Assembly (NCBI GenBank): GCA_965198175.1 | Contig: OZ240245.1 | Coordinates: 3,968,001 to 4,032,000, forward strand | DNA from: Candidatus Poribacteria bacterium | Lineage (GTDB): Bacteria > Poribacteria > WGA-4E > PCPOR2b | DNA: 64,000 bases | Direction: 5' to 3' | In this document: positions 49,960 to 60,907 of the stretch, one piece after another | Layout of the letters: every line of letters begins with the position of its first letter | Numbering within the stretch: position 1 is the stretch's first letter | The notes under the pieces: model-generated | The model's database searches: none | What the model was told of the DNA's origin: nothing | Seen by the model: the letters and a program-made list of their open reading frames with translations, nothing else | Program-made: the position numbers and the translations under genes

Positions 49960-51588
49960 ATGGCATTTCCATCACATGGTATCACCCATCGTTCGACGGT
50001 AACCGGTACGCGCGGCATGGTTGCCAGTGCACACCCACTCGCGAGTTTGGCGGGTGCACGCATACTGCTCCAAGGCGGGAACGCTTTTGACACGGCAATC
50101 GCCGTCGCCTCCACGCTCAACGTTGTTGAGCCATACATGTCAGGCATCGCGGGCAACGGCTACATGGTACTTTATAGTGCAGTGGAGAAGGCTATCCGCG
50201 TGCTCGACTACGTGGGGACGAGTCCGTACGGGGCAACGCGTGACGCCTATCCAACGCCGGAGGTAATGGACGTCGGAATCCGATCAGGGATGGTCCCTGG
50301 GGCATGCGGGGGTTGGATGGCGGCACTTGATCGATACGGCAGCATGGGCAGGGCGGAAATCTTTGCCCCTGCAATTGAACTCGCGGAAAACGGCTACGCG
50401 GTCACAGTCAAAAATGCCCAGTATATGGCGGAAGTAGCGTCTCGCTTTTCGTCAACTGCGGAGAAAGTCATCATGTCTCGTGGACGAACGCCTTTGCCCG
50501 GCGAGATTCTGGTGCAGAAAGATCTCGCCCGAACCTTCCGAAAAGTCGTCGAGGGTGGGGCGGAAGTTTTTTATCGCGGCGAAATCGCCCAACAGATTGC
50601 TCAATTTTGCCGCGAAAATGACGGCTTAATTACTGAACAAGATTTAGCAGATTTTCACGTCGAATGGCAGGAACCGATTTCGACTTCCTACAAGGGATAT
50701 GAGATATACTGTCCACCACCGCCATGTTCAGGTTTCCAATATTTGGAAACCCTGAATATCTTAGAGAACGACGAACTAAGAGATATCGGGCATAACTCAG
50801 CACAGTCCCTCCATTTGCTGATTGAAGCGATTCGGCTCGCTAGCGCGGACCGCGCGGAGTACGCCCCTGTGTCCGATCCACCAATCGCCGGGCTGCTCTC
50901 CAAGGGTTACGCCGCTTCGCAGCGGAGACGGATTGGCAATCGGGCGGCGGTGAGCGGCGGTGAGCGTTATACGAAAGAGAAACTACCCGGCGAAGTGTTA
51001 GCAGGCAATCCCAGCGGATGGATGCGTGAATGCACAACGCACTTCGATGTAGTTGACGCTGAAGGCAACGCCGTTGCGGTGACACAGAGCATCGGAAACG
51101 CATTCGGCTCTGGAACAATTCTCGGTGAGACCGGGATGTTCCTCAACAATTTCATCTACTGGTTCGATTTTCTGCCGGAGAGCCCAAATGTCATCGCTCC
51201 ACACAAGAGGATTGAGATGTGCGTGTCCCCCTGCCAAATCTGGAAGGACGAAAGGGTTTTTGCAGTACTCGGGACACCGGGGAGTCACGGCATTTTGCAA
51301 ACAACAGCGCAAGTCATCCTAAACCTAATTGAGCACGGAATGAACATCCAAGCCGCAATCGAAGCCCCGCGGATTCGGCTTGAACATCCCGGTACAGATG
51401 TGGGAGTAGAAAGCCGCATCCCACCTGAAGTCAGGAACGCACTCGCAGAGCGCGGTCATGATGTCCGCCTGCTGCCCGACTGGACGGCTCTCGTCGGGGG
51501 GGCACAAGGCATCGTAATTGACTCGGAGGAAGGTTCGTTCATGGGCGGCGCCGATCCGCGCCGTGACGGATACGCCATTGGAATCTAG
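49960..51588 (+). CDS. ggt: Gamma-glutamyltransferase family protein
   Basis: GGNAFD, VEPYMSG, TTHF nucleophile, GTPG, GADPRRDG. Confidence 0.9.
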   Translation: MAFPSHGITHRSTVTGTRGMVASAHPLASLAGARILLQGGNAFDTAIAVASTLNVVEPYMSGIAGNGYMVLYSAVEKAIRVLDYVGTSPYGATRDAYPTPEVMDVGIRSGMVPGACGGWMAALDRYGSMGRAEIFAPAIELAENGYAVTVKNAQYMAEVASRFSSTAEKVIMSRGRTPLPGEILVQKDLARTFRKVVEGGAEVFYRGEIAQQIAQFCRENDGLITEQDLADFHVEWQEPISTSYKGYEIYCPPPPCSGFQYLETLNILENDELRDIGHNSAQSLHLLIEAIRLASADRAEYAPVSDPPIAGLLSKGYAASQRRRIGNRAAVSGGERYTKEKLPGEVLAGNPSGWMRECTTHFDVVDAEGNAVAVTQSIGNAFGSGTILGETGMFLNNFIYWFDFLPESPNVIAPHKRIEMCVSPCQIWKDERVFAVLGTPGSHGILQTTAQVILNLIEHGMNIQAAIEAPRIRLEHPGTDVGVESRIPPEVRNALAERGHDVRLLPDWTALVGGAQGIVIDSEEGSFMGGADPRRDGYAIGI

Positions 51589-51648
51589 GAATGCGGTGCG
51601 ATTAGGCTTCACAGAGCGCGAGATTGTGCATTACGTTTTATTAACGAT

Positions 51649-52743
51649 ATGGCTAAAGGAGATATCACCCTCAAAAACGTGACGAAGTGTTTCGGTGATA
51701 CTGTCGCCGTTGACAACATGTCGCTCCACATCCAAAGCGGCGAATTTTTCTCACTGCTAGGCCCCAGCGGCTGTGGTAAGACGACTACGCTCCGCATGAT
51801 TGGCGGATTCGAGCATCCCAATTCGGGCGGCATTTTCATTAACGATGCGTTAATGGAACAGACACCGCCTTTCCAACGCGATGTCAACACCGTTTTCCAA
51901 AGTTATGCCCTGTTCCCCCATAAAACGGTTGCCCAAAACATCGCCTTTGGAATTCAGATGAAAGGGTTCGCCAAGTCAGAAGTAGTCGATCAAGTGAATC
52001 AATTCTTGGAGATGGTTCAACTGCCGGCGTATGGAAATCGAAAACCCGACGAACTGTCCGGTGGAGAAAAACAGCGCGTAGCATTGGCACGCGCACTCAT
52101 CAACCGCCCATCAATCCTGTTGCTCGATGAGCCCCTTGCAGCGTTGGATCTCCAGTTGCGGAAACAGATGCAATCTGAACTCAAAGCGCTAAAGCGCGAG
52201 ATGGGAATCACGTTCGTATATGTCACTCACGATCAAGGCGAGGCATTGGCATTGTCTGATCGAATCGCTGTTATGAATCGAGGAAAAATTCTTCAGATCG
52301 GTACGCCCGATGAAATTTATGATTTGCCGAACAACCGCTTTGTGGCGGATTTCATCGGAATATCGAATTTCTTTGACGGCAATTTAGCTAAGATTGAAAA
52401 TGAGTGGGCGGAGATCCAATTAGACATAGATCCGCAGACTCGATGCGTCGGACAGCGTAATAGTAACCTCGGACAGGGGGATGCTGTCACAGTGGTCGTG
52501 CGTCCTGAACGAATTCATATGACACGGCAGCCCGTCGGGAGAGATGTCAATCAGATTGAAGGGATTGTGGAAGATGAGATTTATATGGGCACTACGATCC
52601 AATATACTGTGCTCGTTTCTCATCAGATCCCGGTTGTTGTACATCAACAAAATACGGGGTTGATGAAAGGCGATCGTATCCAAGCCGGAAACACGGTTTA
52701 CCTGAGTTGGAGGACTGACAACGCGACGATATTGAAACGTTGA
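51649..52743 (+). CDS. potA: Spermidine/putrescine ABC transporter ATP-binding protein
   Basis: GPSGCGKTT, FQSYALFPH, LSGGE, LLLDEPL, TOBE-like C-terminus. Confidence 0.85.
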   Translation: MAKGDITLKNVTKCFGDTVAVDNMSLHIQSGEFFSLLGPSGCGKTTTLRMIGGFEHPNSGGIFINDALMEQTPPFQRDVNTVFQSYALFPHKTVAQNIAFGIQMKGFAKSEVVDQVNQFLEMVQLPAYGNRKPDELSGGEKQRVALARALINRPSILLLDEPLAALDLQLRKQMQSELKALKREMGITFVYVTHDQGEALALSDRIAVMNRGKILQIGTPDEIYDLPNNRFVADFIGISNFFDGNLAKIENEWAEIQLDIDPQTRCVGQRNSNLGQGDAVTVVVRPERIHMTRQPVGRDVNQIEGIVEDEIYMGTTIQYTVLVSHQIPVVVHQQNTGLMKGDRIQAGNTVYLSWRTDNATILKR

Positions 52744-52790
52744 CGAAATCGATCAAAACGACGCCCGCGCTGTAGCAGGTTTTCCCCGTG

Positions 52791-52819
52791 TTGACAGTGG
52801 AAAACAGGCGTGTTAGAAT
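52791..52819 (+). promoter_or_regulatory. Sigma-70-type promoter for the VOC gene
   Basis: TTGACA-17 nt-TAGAAT with TG extension. Confidence 0.7.
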
Positions 52820-52936
52820 GGCATTTGTCACTCTGAACAGTTCATGCTGGCGTACCCATAACTAGCGACTTCTATGAGCCGCGGAAAGAACAAAGAGGTC
52901 ACGGTACGTGCTTGTTTTTGACAAGGAGATTAGTAG

Positions 52937-53377
52937 ATGATAACGAATTTACACCATGTAGCTATCCTCACGTCAGATATGGAGGACGCTATCGAATATT
53001 ATACGAATCTGCTCGGAGGTCAGACGCCAAGAATTGCTGAGGTCGATCGCCCCGGCGTAAAGCTGAGATCGGCGATGCTGCCAATCGGTCCCACCGGAGA
53101 GACGTATCTTCAGCTCATTGAGCCGTCGGAAGGGCCAGGCGTAGCGGAGTTAGAGCGCGGCGGCGACGGAACGTTATTCGAGGTCGGTTTTCAGGTGGAT
53201 GATTTAGAGGCATTCCACGACCAGATGGACGCTAGAAACATTAGACCACAAGACCTTGCAGGAGATTCGATAGAGGATAAATACATTGAATCAAAGTTTG
53301 GAAATCGGTATTTTTTTCTGCCGAAAGACAAAACGAAAGGCACAAGGTTGGAGTTTGTGCAGGTGATTAACAAGTAG
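52937..53377 (+). CDS. VOC family protein (methylmalonyl-CoA epimerase-like fold)
   Basis: LHHVAI, LQLIEP, FQVDDL, GTRLEFVQ. Confidence 0.85.
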   Translation: MITNLHHVAILTSDMEDAIEYYTNLLGGQTPRIAEVDRPGVKLRSAMLPIGPTGETYLQLIEPSEGPGVAELERGGDGTLFEVGFQVDDLEAFHDQMDARNIRPQDLAGDSIEDKYIESKFGNRYFFLPKDKTKGTRLEFVQVINK

Positions 53378-53474
53378 CGCGTACCGGCTGCCGGAAATTA
53401 TAGCCTCTTACTCCTTTCACTCGCTTGGAGGCAAACCCTGCTAACGAGAACACTTCGGTAAGGAGCAGAAAATC

Positions 53475-54134
53475 ATGAAGCCAGATTTCGTTGCGAACGT
53501 GATGTTTTCAATCCTGTGTGGAATGCTAGCATTCCCATTCCTTGCCATCGGCATTCGCGGTCTCAAGACTCGGCGGCCCTTCCGAGCTTCATTGAGGTTG
53601 CCAATTTGGATGATGTTGATCTTTTGTATTTCGCTACTCATACAGTTCCTCTTCTTTTCGTTTTCGGATTCCGTTCTGGTTCTGAGATGGACACCCCTTT
53701 TACTATGCGCGTTTAGCCTTTTGATGCTATGTTTCGCGACTAAGGGTTACATGGCATTCGGCGTGACATATACGCCATTTCGCCAGGGACTACTGGCAAC
53801 GCTCGAAAAACTCCAGTTTCCGTACGAAGAGCCCTCCTCCTTAAGAAGGCTTCAATTGCCTCTTTTGGGACGGGCGATACAACTGAAATCTGGTGAAGTC
53901 GAGCTGCAGGCGTCGATGTGGATGGGAGCTATTCACCTCAAGGTCAAACGGAGCCAGCACTATCCCTTGCTCAGAGAAATCGCCGACGCAATGAACGAAC
54001 ACTTCCGCACATCACCTGTGCGCACAAATATAACGTCCTTTGCTTTCGATCTAATCGTCGCGCTTCTTCTCCTCGCAATTGGCGTGATGTTCCTTCTTAG
54101 CTCATTCTCCCGTTTTTTTGGTGTCAGGTCATAA
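53475..54134 (+). CDS. Hypothetical membrane protein
   Basis: AAGGAG RBS; 219 aa with about 4 TM segments. Confidence 0.7.
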   Translation: MKPDFVANVMFSILCGMLAFPFLAIGIRGLKTRRPFRASLRLPIWMMLIFCISLLIQFLFFSFSDSVLVLRWTPLLLCAFSLLMLCFATKGYMAFGVTYTPFRQGLLATLEKLQFPYEEPSSLRRLQLPLLGRAIQLKSGEVELQASMWMGAIHLKVKRSQHYPLLREIADAMNEHFRTSPVRTNITSFAFDLIVALLLLAIGVMFLLSSFSRFFGVRS

Positions 54135-54314
54135 CACTTCGCTTGCTATGTTTTGAAGGGAAGTGCAAAGACAGCCATTAGTTTTTCATTTGGAATAGGT
54201 GTTCCGGGGGATTCAACCGCAAATTCTCAATAACAGCTTCATATCGAAAAATGCTGACCTGGCATTGTGGAGAGAAAAGGCGCTGCCTAATGAAATTCAA
54301 AGTAGGAGAATAAT

Positions 54315-54827
54315 ATGACGGTAACAGATCTGATTATGATAGCAGCAGTATTTCTAGGTCCAATAGTTGCGGTGCGCCTCACCCGTTATCTTGATAACAA
54401 AAAAGAAATAAAAGAGCGCAAATTAGAAATATTCAAATCGCTAATGGCAACACGGGCCTACACTGTATCTTGGCTACATGTGGAGGCACTAAATCGAATT
54501 GACCTCGAGTTCGATACGAACCGAGACAAAGAGGTGGTAGAGGCTTGGAAGGTATATCATGACTTGCTCTATGATACTAGTATTCCCCTTGACCAGTGGA
54601 GTTCCAAGCGTGTTGATTTGTTAGTGGAGCTTCTGCACAAAATGGCAATCGTTCTCCATTATGAGTTCGACAAAACTCACATCAAAAATTCCTCCTACTC
54701 ACCTAGGGCGCATGTGGACACAGAGGCTCGAGAAATCGCGTTGCGAGAAGGATTACTTGAAGTGCTTGCGGGAAAACGTCCTATACCAATTTCATTGATG
54801 AATTTGCCACAGGACGAGCAAACTTAG
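54315..54827 (+). CDS. DUF6680-like protein (N-terminal TM)
   Basis: AGGAG RBS; AVFLGPIVAV, IFKSLMATR, HVEALNRIDLEF, YSP. Confidence 0.7.
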   Translation: MTVTDLIMIAAVFLGPIVAVRLTRYLDNKKEIKERKLEIFKSLMATRAYTVSWLHVEALNRIDLEFDTNRDKEVVEAWKVYHDLLYDTSIPLDQWSSKRVDLLVELLHKMAIVLHYEFDKTHIKNSSYSPRAHVDTEAREIALREGLLEVLAGKRPIPISLMNLPQDEQT

Positions 54828-55075
54828 CGATTCGTTGGGGTGGACGGTAGGAAGATACGATTTCTCGTGTCATCGAATGGCTGGTCGAGTTTATTTTCAG
54901 CAATCCGTTGCTATGCTTAAACATGACGTAGCAACTTGCGTTTTTTATATTCAGTTTTGGAAATTCATCCAACCGGATTATGCAGGAAAATTCCGCCTAA
55001 TTACAAAATAGGAGCACGTTCAAAGAAGGTACATATCTCATAAAAATAAATCGTTTTTTCAGCGAAATCTTAAGA

Positions 55076-55897
55076 GTGAAACTCCATACTCAATACAGTT
55101 GGGGCGCGGTGGATAATATGACAAATCGTGTGTTCCTGCGAGTTTGGGAACACCAAATTGAGTCAGTTCCAGACGGTGAACGTGTTTACGTCGCAGATGA
55201 CGAACCGCGACTTGCCTCATCTACCTATAAGGCAAACTTTTATGAGCGACAGAGGCACCTTTCTTGTATTCGAAACGGCGCGGAGGGTTTTGGGGTTGTC
55301 TCCACAGCCGTCGATCCTGAAACCACGAAATCTAAGAGGACTCGCTCGTTCGATGATACGACATTGTTACAATTGGGAGACTTCACTAAAGAAGATGGCC
55401 GAACCTACGTCCACATTGATGCTCGTGTTTCAGTCGAAGATTTAGCTATTCCTGATCCATTACCTCAAGATGTGAAAAAAATCTTGAGCGAAGAGATTGA
55501 AACAACAACAAAAGTTAATCTTGTTAATGCGCGGGTTGGTCAGGGAAAATTTCGGTCAGAGGTACTTGAACTTTGGGGCAACTGCTGTGCAGTAACAGGC
55601 TCGGTAACTGTTGACGCCATCAGAGCGTCACACATTAAACCGTGGCGGCATTCAACAAACGAAGAACGCCTGGATCCCAACAATGGGCTTCCTCTGATCG
55701 CTAGCCTCGATGCATTATTTGACGCCGGTCTAATCTCCTTTGGATCATCTGGTGCTTTAATCGTCTCATCTGTGTTGTCGGAATCAGAGCAACAGATCTT
55801 TGGTCTCAATTCACAATCGCTATCGCTGACAAAATCCTCCACGCAGAAGACAGCAGAATACTTGGCGTATCATCGTGCCTGCGTCTTTAGAAAATAA
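55076..55897 (+). CDS. HNH endonuclease with uncharacterised N-terminal domain
   Basis: ARVGQGKFR, CAVTG, ASHIKPW, NGLPL, DALFDAGLISF; frame stays open upstream to an ATA at 55040. Confidence 0.85.
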   Translation: MKLHTQYSWGAVDNMTNRVFLRVWEHQIESVPDGERVYVADDEPRLASSTYKANFYERQRHLSCIRNGAEGFGVVSTAVDPETTKSKRTRSFDDTTLLQLGDFTKEDGRTYVHIDARVSVEDLAIPDPLPQDVKKILSEEIETTTKVNLVNARVGQGKFRSEVLELWGNCCAVTGSVTVDAIRASHIKPWRHSTNEERLDPNNGLPLIASLDALFDAGLISFGSSGALIVSSVLSESEQQIFGLNSQSLSLTKSSTQKTAEYLAYHRACVFRK

Positions 55898-55911
55898 GGT
55901 TAGGTAAAGAA

Positions 55912-56577
55912 ATGTACGAATTCACGAATCTACAACTTACTGAAAATGAATTCAACAACTTAGTTTTCATGGGCTCCCCCCCTTGGTGGATAGATGAGGA
56001 AAAATACCCGCCTTGGTATAATCAGGAAAAAAGCCCTAAACTACCCGTGCGAGAGGAACACAAGTTCCTACATAGTCTATCCCTTAAACCCCTGAAGCAC
56101 GTTGTTCAAAAGGTTGTAGAGCGATCCGGACTTGGTGGGCAAAACTTAAACCTAACTGAAGATTTTGAGAGAATTAACATAGTAGCCAGATACGATAAAG
56201 AGCCATGGTTTAAACGACACGCACACCTCAGCCGACACTTTAGCAGAAATTTGATGAAGGCTATCTGGATTCGGAATCTAGCTCCTCATGAAAGAAATCA
56301 ATGCTCATCCAAGACGTTCTATGTTGAGGATGGCAATCACCGTGCACTTGTCTATGCGGTGCATATTGCATGTAGAGCAGCTACCTATGAGCCCGTTGAA
56401 ACCATCCACGCAACATCATGGGAGCCTGCGATCGAAACCCTCGGTCACTCGGTTCAGCCTGCATCTACTTTGGAAAACAATGGAAAACTCCAGAAGAGTG
56501 GAAGGTTGGAAGGCACAACCTTAGAAGAATCGCTGAAATGTGTTGGCAACGCAATCATACCCACCTCCAATACATGA
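55912..56577 (+). CDS. Hypothetical protein with ParB/Srx-like motif
   Basis: FYVEDGNHRAL. Confidence 0.6.
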   Translation: MYEFTNLQLTENEFNNLVFMGSPPWWIDEEKYPPWYNQEKSPKLPVREEHKFLHSLSLKPLKHVVQKVVERSGLGGQNLNLTEDFERINIVARYDKEPWFKRHAHLSRHFSRNLMKAIWIRNLAPHERNQCSSKTFYVEDGNHRALVYAVHIACRAATYEPVETIHATSWEPAIETLGHSVQPASTLENNGKLQKSGRLEGTTLEESLKCVGNAIIPTSNT

Positions 56578-56632
56578 ATGCGCACACTCGCGGCAAAAGG
56601 AAGGATATCCTTTAACCCACAAAAACATCACT

Positions 56633-59600
56633 ATGATAACAATAAACAACTTTAAAGATGTGCTCAAATCGTTAGGCTTTACGGCGCAAGGGAGCATCTT
56701 CCAAAAAACAATTGGTGAGGCGACCTTAAAGGTTGACTTTGATAATAAAATAATTTATCCCGAAGATCGACGGCTAACAGTCAATCGCGATGATATATGC
56801 AATCTCTTGCAGAATGAGAATTTTGTTGTATTTGAGTGTGTGCATCGGCTACTGGAAAAAGGCTACAAACCTGAACATTTAGAACTTGAACCCAAATGGC
56901 AAGTTGGACACGGTGCAAGCGGTGGGCGTGCCGATATATTGATTAGAGACCAAGAAAAGAATCCTTTACTGATTATTGAATGCAAAACCGCAGGAAAGGA
57001 ATTTGAAAGGGCATGGCAGAAAACCGAACAGAATGGCGATCAGCTATTGAGTTATGCACAACAAATCCCCCAAACACAATATCTTTGTCTTTACGCTTCT
57101 GACTTTGTGGAGGGTGAAATCCGTATTGACGAGAGAATTATTGCGCATCGTGACAATGAGAAGATTTTAGCGCAAAATGACAAACTACGACCTTTTGCTG
57201 AAGCAACCGACGTTGAAGACCGCTACGCCGTTTGGCGTGATACCTACGAATTAGAATACACACAAGGCGGTATTTTTGAACCTAGTATCCAACCCTACCA
57301 GATCGGTAAAAACAAATACACCCTTGAAGACGATACCAAACGTATTGATGCCAACGATAAAAAAGGCAAATACAATCGGTTTCGAGAAATTTTGAGAAAG
57401 CACAACATCGCACGGCGTGAAAACGCCTTTGAGGTATTAGTCAATCTGTTTCTATGTAAACTGGTCGACGAAGAAAAAAACCAGACCGACCTGCAATTTT
57501 CTTGGAAGGGTATCGCTTACGACAATTATTTTGATTTTGTTGATAGACTGCAAAACCTCTATCGAACAGGGATGGATCGATTTCTGGGCAAAAACATTAG
57601 CTACATCAGTAACGAACAAATTGACAACGCTTTTTGGGCGGTCAAAAATGACCGCAACGCCACCAAGAAAAAGATACAGGAATATTTTAGGGAACTTAAG
57701 TTTTACACCAATTCCGCTTTTTCGTTGATGGATACTCACAACGAAGAATTGTTCAAAAGAAACGCCAAAGTCTTGTTAGAACTTGTGCAGATGTGGCAAG
57801 GAATACGCCTCAAAACAGATGTCCAAAACCCGTTTTTAGGTGAGTTGTTTGAGCTTTTTCTTGACGACGGGGTCAAGCAGTCGGAAGGACAGTTTTTCAC
57901 ACCGCTGCCTATATGCAAATTTATTGTCGGTTCCTTGCCACTTGAGCAAATAATTATAGAGAACGCCGAACCGCTTAAAGCGATTGATTATGCCTGTGGT
58001 TCAGGGCATTTTCTGAATGAATACGCCCATCAAATAAAACCGTCAGTTGAGATACAAGAACGAGACCTAAGGGAGTACTATAGCCACATCACCGGCATAG
58101 AAAAAGAAGATCGTCTGGCAAAAGTCGCCAAGGTTGCCGCCTATATGCACGGTCAAGATCAAATGAAGATATTAGACACTGACGCGCTCGCTTCTCTTCC
58201 TGATGAAATTAACCCGGAGAGTTTTGATGTCTTGGTGGCGAACCCACCGTATTCAGTGAAAGGATTTTTACAAACCTTGAGTAAGGAGGATAAAAAAGAG
58301 TATCAACTTATTCAAGCCACAAGCGAAAGTAGCAACAACAAGCATATTGAATGCTTCTTTTTAGAACGGATTCACCACTTAATGGCTCCTGGTGGTGTGG
58401 TCGGTGTGATTGTTCCACCTGGAATTTTGTCAACTGGGAATAAGGTTCAAACCCGAACGCGTGAGATTCTGTTACAATTTTTTGATCTGGTAAGTGTCGT
58501 CACGCTGGGTCAGAAAACCTTTGGAAAAACAGGCACTAGTACGGTGGTGCTTTTCTTAAGACGGAAAGTGGAAAGACCAGAACCGGCCGATCAGTACCAC
58601 TATCGAGTGGACAACTTTTTTGAAGGTGATGAGGAAGAAGTACAATATCAAGATCATGACCTGATTCGAGCCTATTGCAAGCATATTGAAATTCCTTATG
58701 AAGAATACATCAAACTCTTTGCTCAAACAAGTCTTGAGCCACTTTCTGAGCTATTGAAATACGGTATTTTCCAGGGCTACCAACGAGACTTCGATTCAGA
58801 TAAGGAGATTGAAAAAATAAAACAATCCAGGGAGTTCAGCGAAAAAACAGAAGCAGATCAATTGGCAGAATTAGAACGCCGTCTTATTGCTTACCTACAT
58901 AACATAGAAAACGACAAACTCTATTACTTTATTCTGGCACACGAGCAAACTGGCAAAGTATTGATTGTTAAGACACCGAGTACCGACACAGAGGTACAAA
59001 AGCAATTCTTAGGGTACTGGTGGAGTGGTGCCAAAAATAACGAGGGCATTAAATATGATGGGGGTGAAACGGTCAACGATATTATCACACCCCTGTTCGA
59101 TCCGAAAGATTTAGACAACGACACTAAAATAAATACGGCAATTAAACGCAACTATATCGGTGAATCCACCGACCCACTGCCCGAACACTGCCACTATGCC
59201 AGACTCACCGATATGTTGGATTTTAGCCGTATAGGTTTTAATAAAGCCATAAGTCTTAACCCAAAGCAGAATATTGATTTTGAAACTCAGTGGGAATTAG
59301 TGAAGTTGGGAGAAATGGCAGAAATTGTTGCAGGGCAATCACCAAAATCCGAATTCTATAATCAAAATCAAGAAGGATTGCCTTTTTATCAAGGGAAAAA
59401 AGAGTTCGGAGATATATACCTTTCAGCTCCCACTATATGGACTGAGCAAATTACAAAAAAATCAATCAGAAATGATATTCTAATGAGCGTTTGAGCTCCT
59501 GTTGGAAATGTAAATATTAACCCTTATGAAGAAATATGCATCGGAAGGGGATTGGCTGCTATTAGAGCTAGAGAAAATAAAGTTCTGCAATATTATTTGT

Positions 59601-60412
59601 TTAGCGTTTTAGACATTAATCAAGCGTTAATTACGGGACATAAAGGGATGTCTGTTGATTCAATTTCTACCTCGGATGAATTGCCTGACATAAAAATTCC
59701 TCTCCCACCGCTTGAAGTGCAACAGCAGATTGTTGATGAATGCGAGGCAGTGGATCAGGAAACCTACGAAGACCGTCGAACCATCACTGCAGTCAAACAG
59801 AAGGTTGAAGAAAAGGTAAACTGTTTATGGAGCGAAAGCATAAAAGATAAATTAGACAATGTTATTAGAATCAATACCAAATCTTATAACCCAACCCTAA
59901 ATCTAGATAAAGAATTCATCTACATTGACATTGATAGCGTTGGTAAAGCTAATGGTGTTATTGATTATTCAAAACGATTAACCGGAAAGAACGCGCCCTC
60001 TCGTGCTAGGAGAATAGCAAAAAACGGCAGTACTATCATTTCAACTGTCCGCCCATACTTAAAAGGCTTTGCCTTTGTAGATACAGATGATATTGATGAT
60101 TGCGTTTTTTCCACAGGTTTTGCAGTTCTTGAATCAAAAAGTCCACATTCGTTGCTTGACAAAGTGGTATATTACCTTTTTATGTTTCTGGATGAACTGA
60201 TGCAGCAGATGATAAACACAATGGAAAAGTCATCTTATCCGAGCATCAATGAAGATGATATAAAGAATTATCAATTCCCAATTCCACCGCTTAATATTCA
60301 ACAGCAGTTGGTGGAAGAAGTCGAGCAGTTAGAGGCAAAAATCACCAAAGCTCAAGCCGTGATTGACGAAGCTACCGAGCGTAAAAATGCTATTCTCAGA
60401 AACTATCTATAA
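56633..60412 (+). pseudogene. Fused restriction-modification-specificity enzyme (HsdR_N-like + N6-MTase + HsdS-like TRDs) interrupted by one in-frame TGA at 59492-59494
   Basis: GRADILI..LIIECK, GQFFTP, DYACGSGHFL, ANPPY, then ...ILMSV*APVG...IPLPPLEVQQQIV...APSRARR...IPPLNIQQQLV in the same frame. Confidence 0.88.
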
Positions 60413-60498
60413 AAAACAAAAAAGCACCTTAGCGGTGGGCTCCGCAGCCCGAGCATATCACAACAGGGACAAGGAATGGAAACAAAATCATAGATGAA

Positions 60499-60632
60499 TT
60501 GATTGAAGAGCGAATTGACGAATTCCGTTCCGCGTCTGTCCAACGTGCAAAAGTACGCTTTCGCGACGATAGTAAGCAAAACAGGTTAAGCCATCCCGGG
60601 GAATTTGGCACATACCGAGAAGCAATCCTTTT
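60499..60632 (+). pseudogene. 5' remnant of a DUF6602-like gene, truncated by the duplicated LamG unit
   Basis: IEERIDEF...HPGEFGTYREAI then loss of coding character. Confidence 0.45.
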
Positions 60633-60660
60633 GCCCCAAATTGTCATATTTTTCGCCAAC

Positions 60661-60678
60661 TTGCACCGAATGGTGCAA
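60661..60678. promoter_or_regulatory. Palindromic enhancer-like site (NtrC-like)
   Basis: TTGCACC-GAAT-GGTGCAA; copy at 62562-62579. Confidence 0.55.
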
Positions 60679-60808
60679 ACGCGCTTAATGAAGTAGGAGA
60701 TAGAAAAAATGCTCTGCACCGTTTCAAAAAGGACACAACCAATGTCAGCACCTGTTTAAAGCCAATAGCGAAAGCACGCCAAAACTAGGTGTACAAAAAC
60801 GTAAAGAT

Positions 60809-60825
60809 TTGGCATATTTATTGCG
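60809..60825 (+). promoter_or_regulatory. Sigma-54 (-24/-12) promoter, LamG gene 6
   Basis: TTGGCATATTTATTGC = GG-N10-GC. Confidence 0.75.
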
Positions 60826-60907
60826 ACAGTATATAGCATATTGAGAGGAACCGGTCCAACTGTTAGATTACTGAAGAGGATCTTTACAAAGACTAAGGAG
60901 GATCAAA

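Noticed and set aside
53378..56632. Integron cassette array (TAAC after stops, GTTAGGT before the 55912 start)
   Set aside because: No complete attC hairpins with matching R''/R' boxes and no integrase found
59492..59494. TGA as selenocysteine or a reassigned sense codon
   Set aside because: The aligned residue is Arg (SVRAPVG), not Cys/Trp/Gly, and TGA ends many intact genes in this window
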